Assembly (NCBI GenBank): GCA_017433975.1
Contig: JAFRGD010000024.1
Location: 5,595 to 69,594, forward strand
Direction of reading: 5' to 3'
Origin: Mogibacterium sp.
GTDB taxonomy: Bacteria; Bacillota; Clostridia; Peptostreptococcales; Anaerovoracaceae
DNA length: 64,000 nucleotides
A program made the translations under genes and the position numbers. Shown here in pieces: positions 35,211 to 43,512 of the stretch; within the stretch, counting starts at the first letter, position 1, and each line of letters begins with the position of its first letter. Below the pieces are notes generated by a model, which made no database searches, was not told the origin of the DNA, and was given only the letters and a program-made list of their open reading frames with translations.

Positions 35211-35239
35211 ATTATACTACTTTACCGCCTCTACTTCAA
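35211..35239 (-). promoter_or_regulatory. Probable promoter of the XpaC-like to AddA operon
   Basis: The minus strand reads TTGAAG (35234-35239), a 17-nt spacer, then TATAAT (35211-35216). A GGAGGA RBS precedes the ATG at 35172-35174. Confidence 0.7.
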
Positions 35240-35264
35240 TGTTTATTCGCGGCAGGTTGCATTG

Positions 35265-36437
35265 TCAGAACTCCTCGGTGTCCTCAAGGCCGGCGAACAG
35301 TTTCTGCATCGTCGGGTTGTCCTTGGTAAGCCGTTTGATGGTGAGGCTCTCCGCCTTGTCGCTCGCGATCCGCAGGTTGTTGACCGACTTTTCGAGGGAC
35401 TCCTTGATCTTGGTCAGCGTCTTGATCGTCTTGTCGATGTTGTCGATCGCGTCACCGAAATGCTTGCCCGCGAGCTCGTAGTTCCGCCCCGCGTCCTGCT
35501 TGAATTCGTTCAGTTTCTTCTCGAAATTCGTGATGTCGATGCTCTGGTTGCGCGCGAGGATCAGCTCGTGTTTGTACGCCATGGAATTGAGCGCGGCGTT
35601 CCGCAGGATGCTGATGATCGGAATGAAGAACTGCGGCCGGACGACGTACATCTTTGGATATTTGTAGGATTTGTCCACGATGCCTTCGTTGTAAAGCTCG
35701 CTGTCCTGCTCGAGCAGGGAGACCAACACTGCGTATTCGCAGCCTTTTTTGTTCCGGTCGTCGTTCAGTTTCTTGAGGAAGTCGTCATTTTTGTGCTTGG
35801 TCGCGGTCTCGTCCGCTTCGTTTTTCATCTCAAACATGATGGAGATGATCTCGGCCCCCGTCTCGTCGCATTCTCGGAAGATGTAATCCCCCTTGGTCCC
35901 GTCCTTGGCGTCATTGTCTTTTTCAAAATACGCGTTTGGAAAGGCCACCGCGCGCAGGCGGTTGAACTCGACCTCGCAGTGCTACTCCAGCGTCTCGCCG
36001 AGCATCTTGGTCGACTGGCGGAGCTTGAGGTCTTTGTAGTACCCGATCATCTCGTCCTTGGCCTTGATCTGGGCATTGTAGTCCGCTTTGATCTGCTGGA
36101 CCGCAATCTCGTTCTCCGAGCGGAGTTTCTCCAGGACGAGTTCGTTCTCGCTGTCCTGCCGGTCGATTTTGCTCTGCAGTTCGGTGATCTTCAACTGATA
36201 TCCGTGCTCCTGATCTGACAGTTGTTGCTGCAGTCCGGCGACCGCCTCGAGGACCGCGGTATGCTGCTCCGCCTTCGCGAGTTCGAGCGCCTGCGCCTTC
36301 TCCCGCTCAAACTGCCGGACGCGCGCGGCGAGCTCACCGTCGAACTCCCGGTCCCGCACCTGTTTGACGATCTCAGCGTAACCGGCTTCGTCGATCTGAA
36401 AGACTTCGCCGCACTTTGGACATTTGATTTCCTGCAT
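35265..36437 (-). pseudogene. DUF2130-family protein gene interrupted by one in-frame TAG (ORFs 35982..36437 and 35265..35948 share one reading frame)
   Basis: The N-part MQEIKCPKCGEVFQIDEAGYAEIVKQVRDREF... (Zn-ribbon plus coiled coil) ends ...MLGETLE-TAG. The same frame continues HCEVEFNRLRAVAFPNAYFEKDND... to the stop at 35265. The TAG is at 35982-35984. Confidence 0.8.
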
Positions 36438-36447
36438 AGTGATTCTC

Positions 36448-36870
36448 CTATTTCAGCAGCGGAATCCCGCCGGTCAGGCGGTTTACTTTCTTCTTTGGCC
36501 CAATCATCGCGAGGCCGAGATAGCGCACCGCATCCCCGCTGATTTCCGCGAGTTTTTCCGCGTATTCCGCATACGAACGGCTGTACATCGCCGGCTCTGA
36601 AAAGTCCACGACCTTGACGTCGGCGTATTCCGGATCGAACAGTTTCTCCCGGAGGTCCATCAGGATCGCCCGCGTCCCGCGCAGCACCGGAATCGGCGCA
36701 ATGGTAATCCCGAGGTGGCTCCTGCCGGCGCCGTCCGGAATCACCGGTCCGATGATGCTCGGCACCTCCTCCCCAATCGTCAGGCCGAGGATCGCCGCGG
36801 TGTTCGCGATCATGCCGACCGGCAGGCTCTCGTCGATCACAAAAACGCATTTTTCTTTGTCTCTATCCAT
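36448..36870 (-). CDS. DUF2000-family protein
   Basis: 140 aa. KCVFVIDESLPVGMIANTAAILGLTIG matches the DUF2000 N-terminal pattern as recalled. Confidence 0.65.
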   Translation of the reverse strand: MDRDKEKCVFVIDESLPVGMIANTAAILGLTIGEEVPSIIGPVIPDGAGRSHLGITIAPIPVLRGTRAILMDLREKLFDPEYADVKVVDFSEPAMYSRSYAEYAEKLAEISGDAVRYLGLAMIGPKKKVNRLTGGIPLLK

Positions 36871-36879
36871 GGAAAACTC

Positions 36880-38061
36880 CTATTTGATCGTCTCGATCTC
36901 GGCCGACGCGAGGGCCTTGTCGGACAGCTCGTTTCCGATGCCCGGCAGGTCCGGAATCTCGTAATACCCGTTGACCGGCTGGTAATCGTAAATGCAAAGC
37001 TCCGTGCACACCGGCAGCGTATTGTTGGTGTGAAGCTCGTGGATAATGAAGTTTGGAATCGCGGCCTCAAACTGCAGCGACGCCGCGGTACTGATCGGCG
37101 TGTTGCAGGTATGCGTCTGTACCGTTACACCATAAGTCTGGGCCATGTCGCAGATCTTGCGCCCCTCGGTGATGCCGCCGCAGTTCCCGAGGTCCGGCTG
37201 GATGACAGCGAGGGTGTTGCTGTCGAGCAGCGGCTTGAAGCCTGCCCGCGTATACGTCCGTTCGCCCGTCGCGAGCGGGATGCGCGTGTGCGCCGCAATC
37301 TTCTTATATTCGTCCGGGTTGAGCGGCGACGCCGGCTCCTCCATCAGCATGACCTTGAACGGCTCCGCGACCTCCGCTACCTGCAGCGCGGTGTGCGCTG
37401 TCGTCGCGTTGTGGTTCTCGACCAGGATCTCGCCCTCCGGGCCCATGACGTCTCGGAGGATGTCCAGTTTCTTCTCCACCTCGAGCAGAAGGTCCTTTGG
37501 CAAGTGGTTCCTAAGGATGTCCGGACTGGTCCGCTTGCCGTCCAGCCGCTTGGTGATGACGTTCATCTTGACCGCGTTGAAGCCGTCCGCCTTGGCCGCC
37601 TCACACGCTTCGCGGACGAAGCCGAGGTCGCCCGGCGCAATGCGGGAGTTGTGGAACTTCCAGCCGAACTGGAGCTGGCTCGCGTAGGCCCACAGCTTGT
37701 CGCGGTGCTTGCCGCCGAGGAGCTGATAGACCGGCACATTGAAGTACTTTCCCTTGATGTCCCAGAGCGCCATGTCGATCGCGCTGATCGCCGCCATGAT
37801 GACGCCGCCGTTCCCTTGCGCCCAGAAGCCGTTCACGAGCTTCTGATAGATTACGTCGATCGCAAGCGGGTCGCTGCCGAGGATCGACTTGGCCATGATG
37901 CGGAGGAGCGCCTTGGAGCCGAGCGTATAATCCCAGATGGACACGCCCGCTTCACCATACCCGTAAATGCCCTCGTCCGTGTTGATCCGGCAGAGGACCG
38001 GCGTCTGAACGGCGTTGTCCTGCCGCGGGAGCTGAATTACGTCAACAGAGGTGATCTTCAT
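36880..38061 (-). CDS. Enolase-superfamily enzyme (mandelate racemase/muconate lactonizing family; acid-sugar dehydratase-like)
   Basis: 393 aa with a capping domain containing DEGIYGYGEA and a barrel domain with Asp/Glu metal ligands (KMNV..., MLMEEP, IQPDL). Confidence 0.85.
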   Translation of the reverse strand: MKITSVDVIQLPRQDNAVQTPVLCRINTDEGIYGYGEAGVSIWDYTLGSKALLRIMAKSILGSDPLAIDVIYQKLVNGFWAQGNGGVIMAAISAIDMALWDIKGKYFNVPVYQLLGGKHRDKLWAYASQLQFGWKFHNSRIAPGDLGFVREACEAAKADGFNAVKMNVITKRLDGKRTSPDILRNHLPKDLLLEVEKKLDILRDVMGPEGEILVENHNATTAHTALQVAEVAEPFKVMLMEEPASPLNPDEYKKIAAHTRIPLATGERTYTRAGFKPLLDSNTLAVIQPDLGNCGGITEGRKICDMAQTYGVTVQTHTCNTPISTAASLQFEAAIPNFIIHELHTNNTLPVCTELCIYDYQPVNGYYEIPDLPGIGNELSDKALASAEIETIK

Positions 38062-38135
38062 CGTCGTACCGCCTTTCCCTTGATTCCATCGTCATTTCAA
38101 TCCGAACGGATTTCTGCTCATAAATCTGATTTTAT

Positions 38136-38166
38136 TATAACATAAAACGGGTGCCGTGGCACCCGT
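38136..38166 (-). terminator. Terminator downstream of the APC permease gene
   Basis: Stem acgggtgcc/ggcacccgt, followed on the minus strand by UUUAUGUUAUAAUAAA, 30 nt after the stop at 38196. Confidence 0.7.
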
Positions 38167-38195
38167 CCCATGGATTCTTATTCGAAGGCAGTGGA

Positions 38196-40232
38196 TCAAT
38201 CCTCGTCGTCCATGGCCTCGTCCGGATACTCCTCTTCGCTCAGCGCGATGAAGCGCTCGATGTTTTCCTCGAGGCCGACGACCCAGAGGTTGCATCCCGG
38301 GCTGATCAGCGTGTCGGCGTCCGGCATCATGACCGTCTGCCCCTCTTCCTGCAGGCCGATGACCATGCAGTGCGTGTACGCCGCGATGCCCGAATGCTTG
38401 ATCGGCTTGTAGCAATACGGCTCGTTGCCCTTGACGACGACCTCGCGGCAGACGAGCGGCACCTGCGCCTCGCTGGTACCGAGGCCCATGAAGTCCTTGA
38501 GGTTGCCCATGGTGAACTTGTCGCCGATGTACTGGCCGTCGCGGAACCGCAGGATCGACCGCTCGACGCCGACCGCGATGACGCGGTCGCCGGCATGCAC
38601 CACGGTCCGGCCGTGCGGGAGGAAAATGTTCTTGTGGTTGTGTTCGATCTTGATGATGAAGATGTTCTGGCTCTTGCCCCAGCCGAGCTCCATCAGGTTC
38701 TTGCCGGCATAGTCCGCGTCCTTCGGAACAACGAACGAGAGGAACCGGTAGTCGTCCTCGAAGGAGTCCTCGAAGTTCGGGATGACGGCGCCGCCGCCGG
38801 TCATCATGCTCGCGAACAGGAAGGACGCTCTCTTGAGCTTGGAGTACCGCTGTCTCTGGCGGTAGTCGAGGATGAACAGGATCAAGCCGAGGAACATCCA
38901 GCCGACGAACAGGGCCGTCGCAAAGCCGCCCATGTAGACCGGCTGTCCCGGGATGAGGAGCAGCGCGAGCAGTGCGGACATGCTGATGCCCGCGATCCAG
39001 GCGGTCCGCTCACCGCCCGGCAGTTTGTACGGACGGTCGAGGTTCGGCTCGGAGTGTCTCAGTTTAATCAGGCAGAACGCGGTGATCGCCCAGCTCGTGA
39101 CGTAACCCGCCGCCGAGAACGTCGTCAGGGAACCGATCAGGCCGCTGCCGAGGAACGGTCCCGCGATGGACGCGATCAGGCAGACCTTGAGCGCGTTGAT
39201 CGGGGTCTTGTACGTCGGGTGCTGTTTTGCAAGGACGTCCGGGACGATGCTGACGCGCGCCATGGCCATGAGGATCTGGGACGACGCCATCATGAAGCCG
39301 TTCCAGGTCGTCAGGAGGCCGCAGATCGCACCGATCAGGATGAACAGATAAAGTCCCGTACCCATCGGACCGGCGTAAATGTGTTTGAACAGAAGCGCAG
39401 CGGCCGGGCTGTCATAGTGGATAAACTCCTGCCAAGGCATCGCACCGCCCAGCGTGAAGAGCAGCAGCGCGTAGAACAGGCAGGACAGGACGACCGTGAG
39501 GACGACCGTCTTGCCGACGGACTTGACATCCCCGCCCGCGCTCTCGACGCCCTGCGGAATCGTCTCGAAGCCCGCGAGGAAGAACGGCGCGGACGCAAGG
39601 ATGACCATCGCACCGCCAAAGAAGGACTTGTGCGATCCTCTGCCGATGTTCTCATAAACCGGCTGGAAGTTGTCAAAGCTGAAGCGTCCCATCGCGCAAA
39701 TCATCGCCAGGATGCCGGCGCCGACGAGCACGAAGCACAGTACGCGCTGCAGCACCGCCGACGACTGCACGCCCTTGCGGTTGATCAGGAACAGGATCAC
39801 CGAAATGACGAGGCCGACGATGATGTGGCCGATGTAGATGTCAGCGCCTGCCAATGTATATAACGGGCTGCCGGATTTCAGCCCCGGGATCAGGATGCTC
39901 AGGATGTCGACGACGTAGATGGCTTCCCACGGGATGATCGTGACGAAGGCACCAAAAGCCGCCCATCCGGAAATGAACGCGATGTTGTCGCCGAACGCGC
40001 GGAACGCGTACGCCATTCCGCCGCCGGAAACCGGCAGCATGGCGCAGAGTTCGCAGTAGCAAAGCGCGATTGGAATCATCAACGCAAGCGCGATAATATA
40101 ACCGACGGCCGCCGGCAGCGGACCGCCGCTTCCCGCCATCCAGCTGTTGATCGAGACCGCCCAGCCGACGCCGACGATCGCACCAAAGCCGATACAAAAG
40201 AAATCGACTGCAGAAACGCCTTTCTTTTCCAT
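38196..40232 (-). CDS. APC-superfamily amino-acid permease fused to two C-terminal TrkA-C (RCK_C)-like domains
   Basis: 678 aa. About 12 TM helices span roughly the first 460 aa (FFCIGFGAIVGVGW...). A soluble ~215-aa tail follows, with two repeats ending in G.RV..VG-type motifs (HAGDRVIAVG; SPGCNLWVVG) typical of TrkA-C. Confidence 0.8.
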   Translation of the reverse strand: MEKKGVSAVDFFCIGFGAIVGVGWAVSINSWMAGSGGPLPAAVGYIIALALMIPIALCYCELCAMLPVSGGGMAYAFRAFGDNIAFISGWAAFGAFVTIIPWEAIYVVDILSILIPGLKSGSPLYTLAGADIYIGHIIVGLVISVILFLINRKGVQSSAVLQRVLCFVLVGAGILAMICAMGRFSFDNFQPVYENIGRGSHKSFFGGAMVILASAPFFLAGFETIPQGVESAGGDVKSVGKTVVLTVVLSCLFYALLLFTLGGAMPWQEFIHYDSPAAALLFKHIYAGPMGTGLYLFILIGAICGLLTTWNGFMMASSQILMAMARVSIVPDVLAKQHPTYKTPINALKVCLIASIAGPFLGSGLIGSLTTFSAAGYVTSWAITAFCLIKLRHSEPNLDRPYKLPGGERTAWIAGISMSALLALLLIPGQPVYMGGFATALFVGWMFLGLILFILDYRQRQRYSKLKRASFLFASMMTGGGAVIPNFEDSFEDDYRFLSFVVPKDADYAGKNLMELGWGKSQNIFIIKIEHNHKNIFLPHGRTVVHAGDRVIAVGVERSILRFRDGQYIGDKFTMGNLKDFMGLGTSEAQVPLVCREVVVKGNEPYCYKPIKHSGIAAYTHCMVIGLQEEGQTVMMPDADTLISPGCNLWVVGLEENIERFIALSEEEYPDEAMDDED

Positions 40233-40332
40233 GCTGTTCTCCTATCCTCCTGAAGTCTGTTTATACATACCGAAACGGTGCTGTCAGGCACCGTTCCGCA
40301 TCATTGTTTTCCGATAAGGTTTTAACACTAAA

Positions 40333-40426
40333 GTTGTCACTTGTCAATACGTGAAAGCGTTGATTTTTCAATGATTTTTATTGAATGTAACAACATTGAC
40401 AACAATCATGATTGTCACTTTTCAAG
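40333..40426 (-). promoter_or_regulatory. Operator-like repeats and palindrome in the permease upstream region
   Basis: The 14-nt motif TTGTCACTT[G/T]TCAA occurs at 40334-40347 and 40412-40425 (13/14 identical). A perfect 14-bp palindrome ACAATCATGATTGT lies at 40402-40415 and overlaps the second copy. Confidence 0.45.
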
Positions 40427-40430
40427 CGAT

Positions 40431-40466
40431 AAAAACCGCCCCTCCGAACGGTTCGTCCGAAGGGGC
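40431..40466 (-). terminator. Terminator downstream of iorB
   Basis: GC-rich hairpin gcccctccga...tccgaaggggc, followed on the minus strand by a UUUUU run (plus-strand aaaaa at 40431-40435), 20 nt after the iorB stop. Confidence 0.8.
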
Positions 40467-40486
40467 AGCAGCGAAATCAGCCTGCG

Positions 40487-41071
40487 TTATTCCGCCGTCA
40501 GCTCATAGCCTGCGCGGAACGCTTTCTTATTGAGTTCAACGAATTTCGGCTTGACGTTGGCCTCGATCTCCGCCATCCAGTCGATGTCGTCCAGGCCGCC
40601 GATCGCCTTGATCAGCGCGCCGAGGAGGACGACGTTCATCGCCTTCGGGTTGCCGAGCTCGGTCGCGATGTCAGCCGCCTTGAACGCCTGCACCTGGCAG
40701 ATGCCCTTGAGGTGATCGATGATCCCCTCCGGATACTCCGCAACGCCGAGGTTGACCGGTACCGGCTGGATCTGATACTCGTTGATGACCATCTTGCCGC
40801 CGATCTTGAGGTGGTCGAGCCATCTCAGGGCCTCCATCTCCTCAAACGCGACGATGACGTCCGCGGAGCCCTTGCCGACGATCGGCGAAAGCACCTTGTC
40901 ACCGTATCTGACCTGTGTCGATACGGAGCCGCCGCGCTGGGACATGCCGTGGATCTCGCTCATCTTGACGTCATAGCCGGCCTTCATGAGACCGCTCGTC
41001 AGGATCTTGCTCGCCAGGATCGTACCCTGTCCGCCTACTCCTACCAGGAGGATATTCTTTACTTCACTCAT
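40487..41071 (-). CDS. iorB: Indolepyruvate ferredoxin oxidoreductase, beta subunit
   Basis: 194 aa with GVGGQGT near the N-terminus (pyruvate/ketoisovalerate oxidoreductase gamma-like domain). It lies directly downstream of iorA with a 1-nt overlap. Confidence 0.9.
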   Translation of the reverse strand: MSEVKNILLVGVGGQGTILASKILTSGLMKAGYDVKMSEIHGMSQRGGSVSTQVRYGDKVLSPIVGKGSADVIVAFEEMEALRWLDHLKIGGKMVINEYQIQPVPVNLGVAEYPEGIIDHLKGICQVQAFKAADIATELGNPKAMNVVLLGALIKAIGGLDDIDWMAEIEANVKPKFVELNKKAFRAGYELTAE

Positions 41072-42858
41072 TATAACGTCACCTCCTCAATCGCCTTGAA
41101 CGGGCAAACCTGTTTGCAGACGGTGCAGCCGTTGCAGCTCGTCACGTCGACGACGACCTTCGACTTGGTCGAAATCAGCGCCGGGCAGCCGGTCTTGACG
41201 CAGAGCTTGCAGTTCTTGCACTTGTCCTGATCGATCTTGCACTGGGTCTTGTGCAGCGTCGGGAACTCTTCGAGGTCCTGCTTGCTGAACTTCTTGAGGA
41301 CGCACGGCCATCTGGTGATCAGTACGCACGGCTCGTCCTTCGGAAGCAGTTTGTCCAGTGCGGCGTTGACTTCGTCGAGGTGGTTCGGGTTGACGGTAAT
41401 AATATTATCGTCCTTTACGCCGATTGCTCTGCAAAGCGCCGGAATGTCGACCTCAGGCGCCTCTTTGCCCATCAGCGTATAGCCGGTGCCAGGGTTCTGC
41501 TGGTGACCGGTCATGCCGGTGATGCGGTTGTCGAGGATGATGCTGAGGTTGTGGCCGCCGTTATAAACCGCGTCCATCAAGGAGTTCACGCCCGTGTGGA
41601 AGAACGTGGAGTCGCCGATGACGGAGACGACCTTGGTCGCCTTGCCGGCGTCCTTGAGCGCGATGGAAGCGCCGTGGCCCTGCGAGATCGAAGCGCCCAT
41701 GCAGATGCAGGAGTGCAGCGCGTTGAGCGGTGCGTTCGCGCCGAGCGTGTAGCAACCGATGTCGCCCGTGATCATCAGGCCTTTTCTCTTGGACAGCGCA
41801 TAGAAGAGTCCTCTGTGCGGGCAACCTGCGCAAAGTGCAGGAGGTCTCACGACCGTCTTGACGTCCGAGGTGTAGGTCTCCGGCTCGATGCCGAGGAACG
41901 ACTTGCGGACGATGTCCGTGTTGAGTTCGTCATAGTGCGGGATGAGGTCCTTGCCGGTGCACTCGATGCCGAGCATCTTGACGTGCTCTTCGAGGTATGG
42001 ATCCATTTCCTCAACGATGTAGACCTTGTCGACCTTGCTGCAGAAGTCCTTGATCAGCGCGTCCGGCAACGGGTTGGTCAGGCCGAGCTTGAGGTAGGAA
42101 GCGCCCTCACCGAACGTCTCCTTGGCATACTGATACGATACGCCGGATGTGATGACGCCGATCTTGGTGTCGTACATCTCGACCTTGTTGAACTCGCAGT
42201 CGCATGCGTAAGCCTCAGCGGCAGCCAGTCTGTCCTCCAGCGTCGCACGCAGTTTCTTTGCGTTGGCCGGCGCGGTGACGTATTTTGTGATCTTTGGCGT
42301 GTAGTCCGGAACGTCGGCTTCCTCTCTCTCGCCAAGCTCAACGATGCCCTTGGAGTGGCAGATTCTCGTCGTGACGTGGAAGAGGACCGGCATGTCCATC
42401 TGCTCCGAGAGCGCGAAGGCTTTCTTCATGAAGTCCTTGGACTCCTGGGAATCCGACGGCTCGAGCATCAGGAGCTTGGCGCCCTTGGCCGTGTTGCGGT
42501 TGTCCTGCTCGTTCTGCGAGCTGTGCTGGCCTGGGTCGTCCGCAACGACCATGACGAAGCCGCCCGTGACGCCGGTATAGGCGAACGTGAAGATCGGGTC
42601 AGCCGCGACGTTCATGCCGACGTGTTTCATCGCGCAGAACGACCGTACGCCCGCAATCGACGCGCCGACAGCCGCCTCGGTCGCGACCTTTTCGTTCGGA
42701 GCCCATTCGGAATATACGCTCTCCCCGTATTGAGGCATATTCTCGAGAATTTCAGTGCTTGGTGTTCCCGGATAAGCCGAAGCGAATCTGGCGCCCCCTT
42801 CATATGCGCCGCGGGCGATTGCCTCGTTTCCGGACATGATAACTTTCATAGACATCAT
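41071..42858 (-). CDS. iorA: Indolepyruvate ferredoxin oxidoreductase, alpha subunit
   Basis: 595 aa with a TPP-binding domain (GDIGCYTLG, GDSTFFHTG) and two C-terminal 4Fe-4S ferredoxin motifs (CKNCKLCVKTGCP; CNGCTVCKQVCP). Confidence 0.92.
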   Translation of the reverse strand: MMSMKVIMSGNEAIARGAYEGGARFASAYPGTPSTEILENMPQYGESVYSEWAPNEKVATEAAVGASIAGVRSFCAMKHVGMNVAADPIFTFAYTGVTGGFVMVVADDPGQHSSQNEQDNRNTAKGAKLLMLEPSDSQESKDFMKKAFALSEQMDMPVLFHVTTRICHSKGIVELGEREEADVPDYTPKITKYVTAPANAKKLRATLEDRLAAAEAYACDCEFNKVEMYDTKIGVITSGVSYQYAKETFGEGASYLKLGLTNPLPDALIKDFCSKVDKVYIVEEMDPYLEEHVKMLGIECTGKDLIPHYDELNTDIVRKSFLGIEPETYTSDVKTVVRPPALCAGCPHRGLFYALSKRKGLMITGDIGCYTLGANAPLNALHSCICMGASISQGHGASIALKDAGKATKVVSVIGDSTFFHTGVNSLMDAVYNGGHNLSIILDNRITGMTGHQQNPGTGYTLMGKEAPEVDIPALCRAIGVKDDNIITVNPNHLDEVNAALDKLLPKDEPCVLITRWPCVLKKFSKQDLEEFPTLHKTQCKIDQDKCKNCKLCVKTGCPALISTKSKVVVDVTSCNGCTVCKQVCPFKAIEEVTL

Positions 42859-42963
42859 ACCTCCTTAAAAAGCTAAGTTGTCATAGACAGTCCGATACCC
42901 TTTTCCCTGATGAAATTATACATCTATCGATGATGCGTTTACAACACTTTAGCGGCCAAAACA

Positions 42964-43512
42964 TCACAATTCGCAGACCATGATATATTCCTCGTCGTTC
43001 TCTCCGACCGTCCGGAAACCGACGGCCTCATACATTCGGACTGCGTAGTTCGCCTTCTGCACCGCAAGCGACGCCCTCCGGTAACCCTGCTCTTTCAGAA
43101 GCACGAGCATCTGCCGCATCAGGGCCGTTCCGATGCCCTTCCCGCGGTATTCTTTATACACCGCGATGGCAAAGGACGGCGTTTCATCATCTACGTGACC
43201 GTAGTCGTTCATGATCCTCGTCCAGACCGCGCCGACCACCCGGCCGCCGTCGTCGGCGACGATGCAGTTGTCCCCCGCTCCGCTCCCGAAGTCCCGATAA
43301 TACATGGCGAGTTCCGGCTGTTCCACGATCGAACGGTCCGGCGGCTCCACCCCTTCGGGGATATATATCGCTTCGTACAGGAAGTCCCGGAGCAGGCCGG
43401 CTTCGTCCGCCCGGAGTCCGCGGAGGACAACAGAATTCAGGCCCGGCACCGAAGCGATACCGGGCCTATTGTCAGGCGTGTAAAAGTCTTTTTCTTGCTT
43501 AGAACTGAACAT
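42964..43512 (-). CDS. GNAT-family N-acetyltransferase
   Basis: 182 aa with the acetyl-CoA binding motif YRGKGIGTALM. Confidence 0.85.
   Translation of the reverse strand: MFSSKQEKDFYTPDNRPGIASVPGLNSVVLRGLRADEAGLLRDFLYEAIYIPEGVEPPDRSIVEQPELAMYYRDFGSGAGDNCIVADDGGRVVGAVWTRIMNDYGHVDDETPSFAIAVYKEYRGKGIGTALMRQMLVLLKEQGYRRASLAVQKANYAVRMYEAVGFRTVGENDEEYIMVCEL

Noticed and set aside
35982-35984. In-frame TAG interpreted as pyrrolysine or reassigned codon
   Set aside because: TAG is used as an ordinary terminator for at least two well-defined genes here: the phosphoglucomutase gene (stop at 10553) and the 5'-nucleotidase gene (stop at 22769). No pyl genes are seen. A nonsense mutation or sequencing error is far more likely.
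38151-39863. 570-aa plus-strand ORF
   Set aside because: It is antisense to the APC permease, whose 12-TM hydrophobic pattern is unambiguous. The antisense product is highly charged and low-complexity.
40361-40385. Possible CodY box (tgatttttcaatgattttta) upstream of the permease
   Set aside because: The best alignment to AATTTTCWGAAAATT gives only about 10 of 15 matches by eye. That is too weak to call in an AT-rich spacer.
41251-42876. 541-aa plus-strand ORF
   Set aside because: It is antisense to iorA, which has TPP and 4Fe-4S motifs. It is a shadow ORF.
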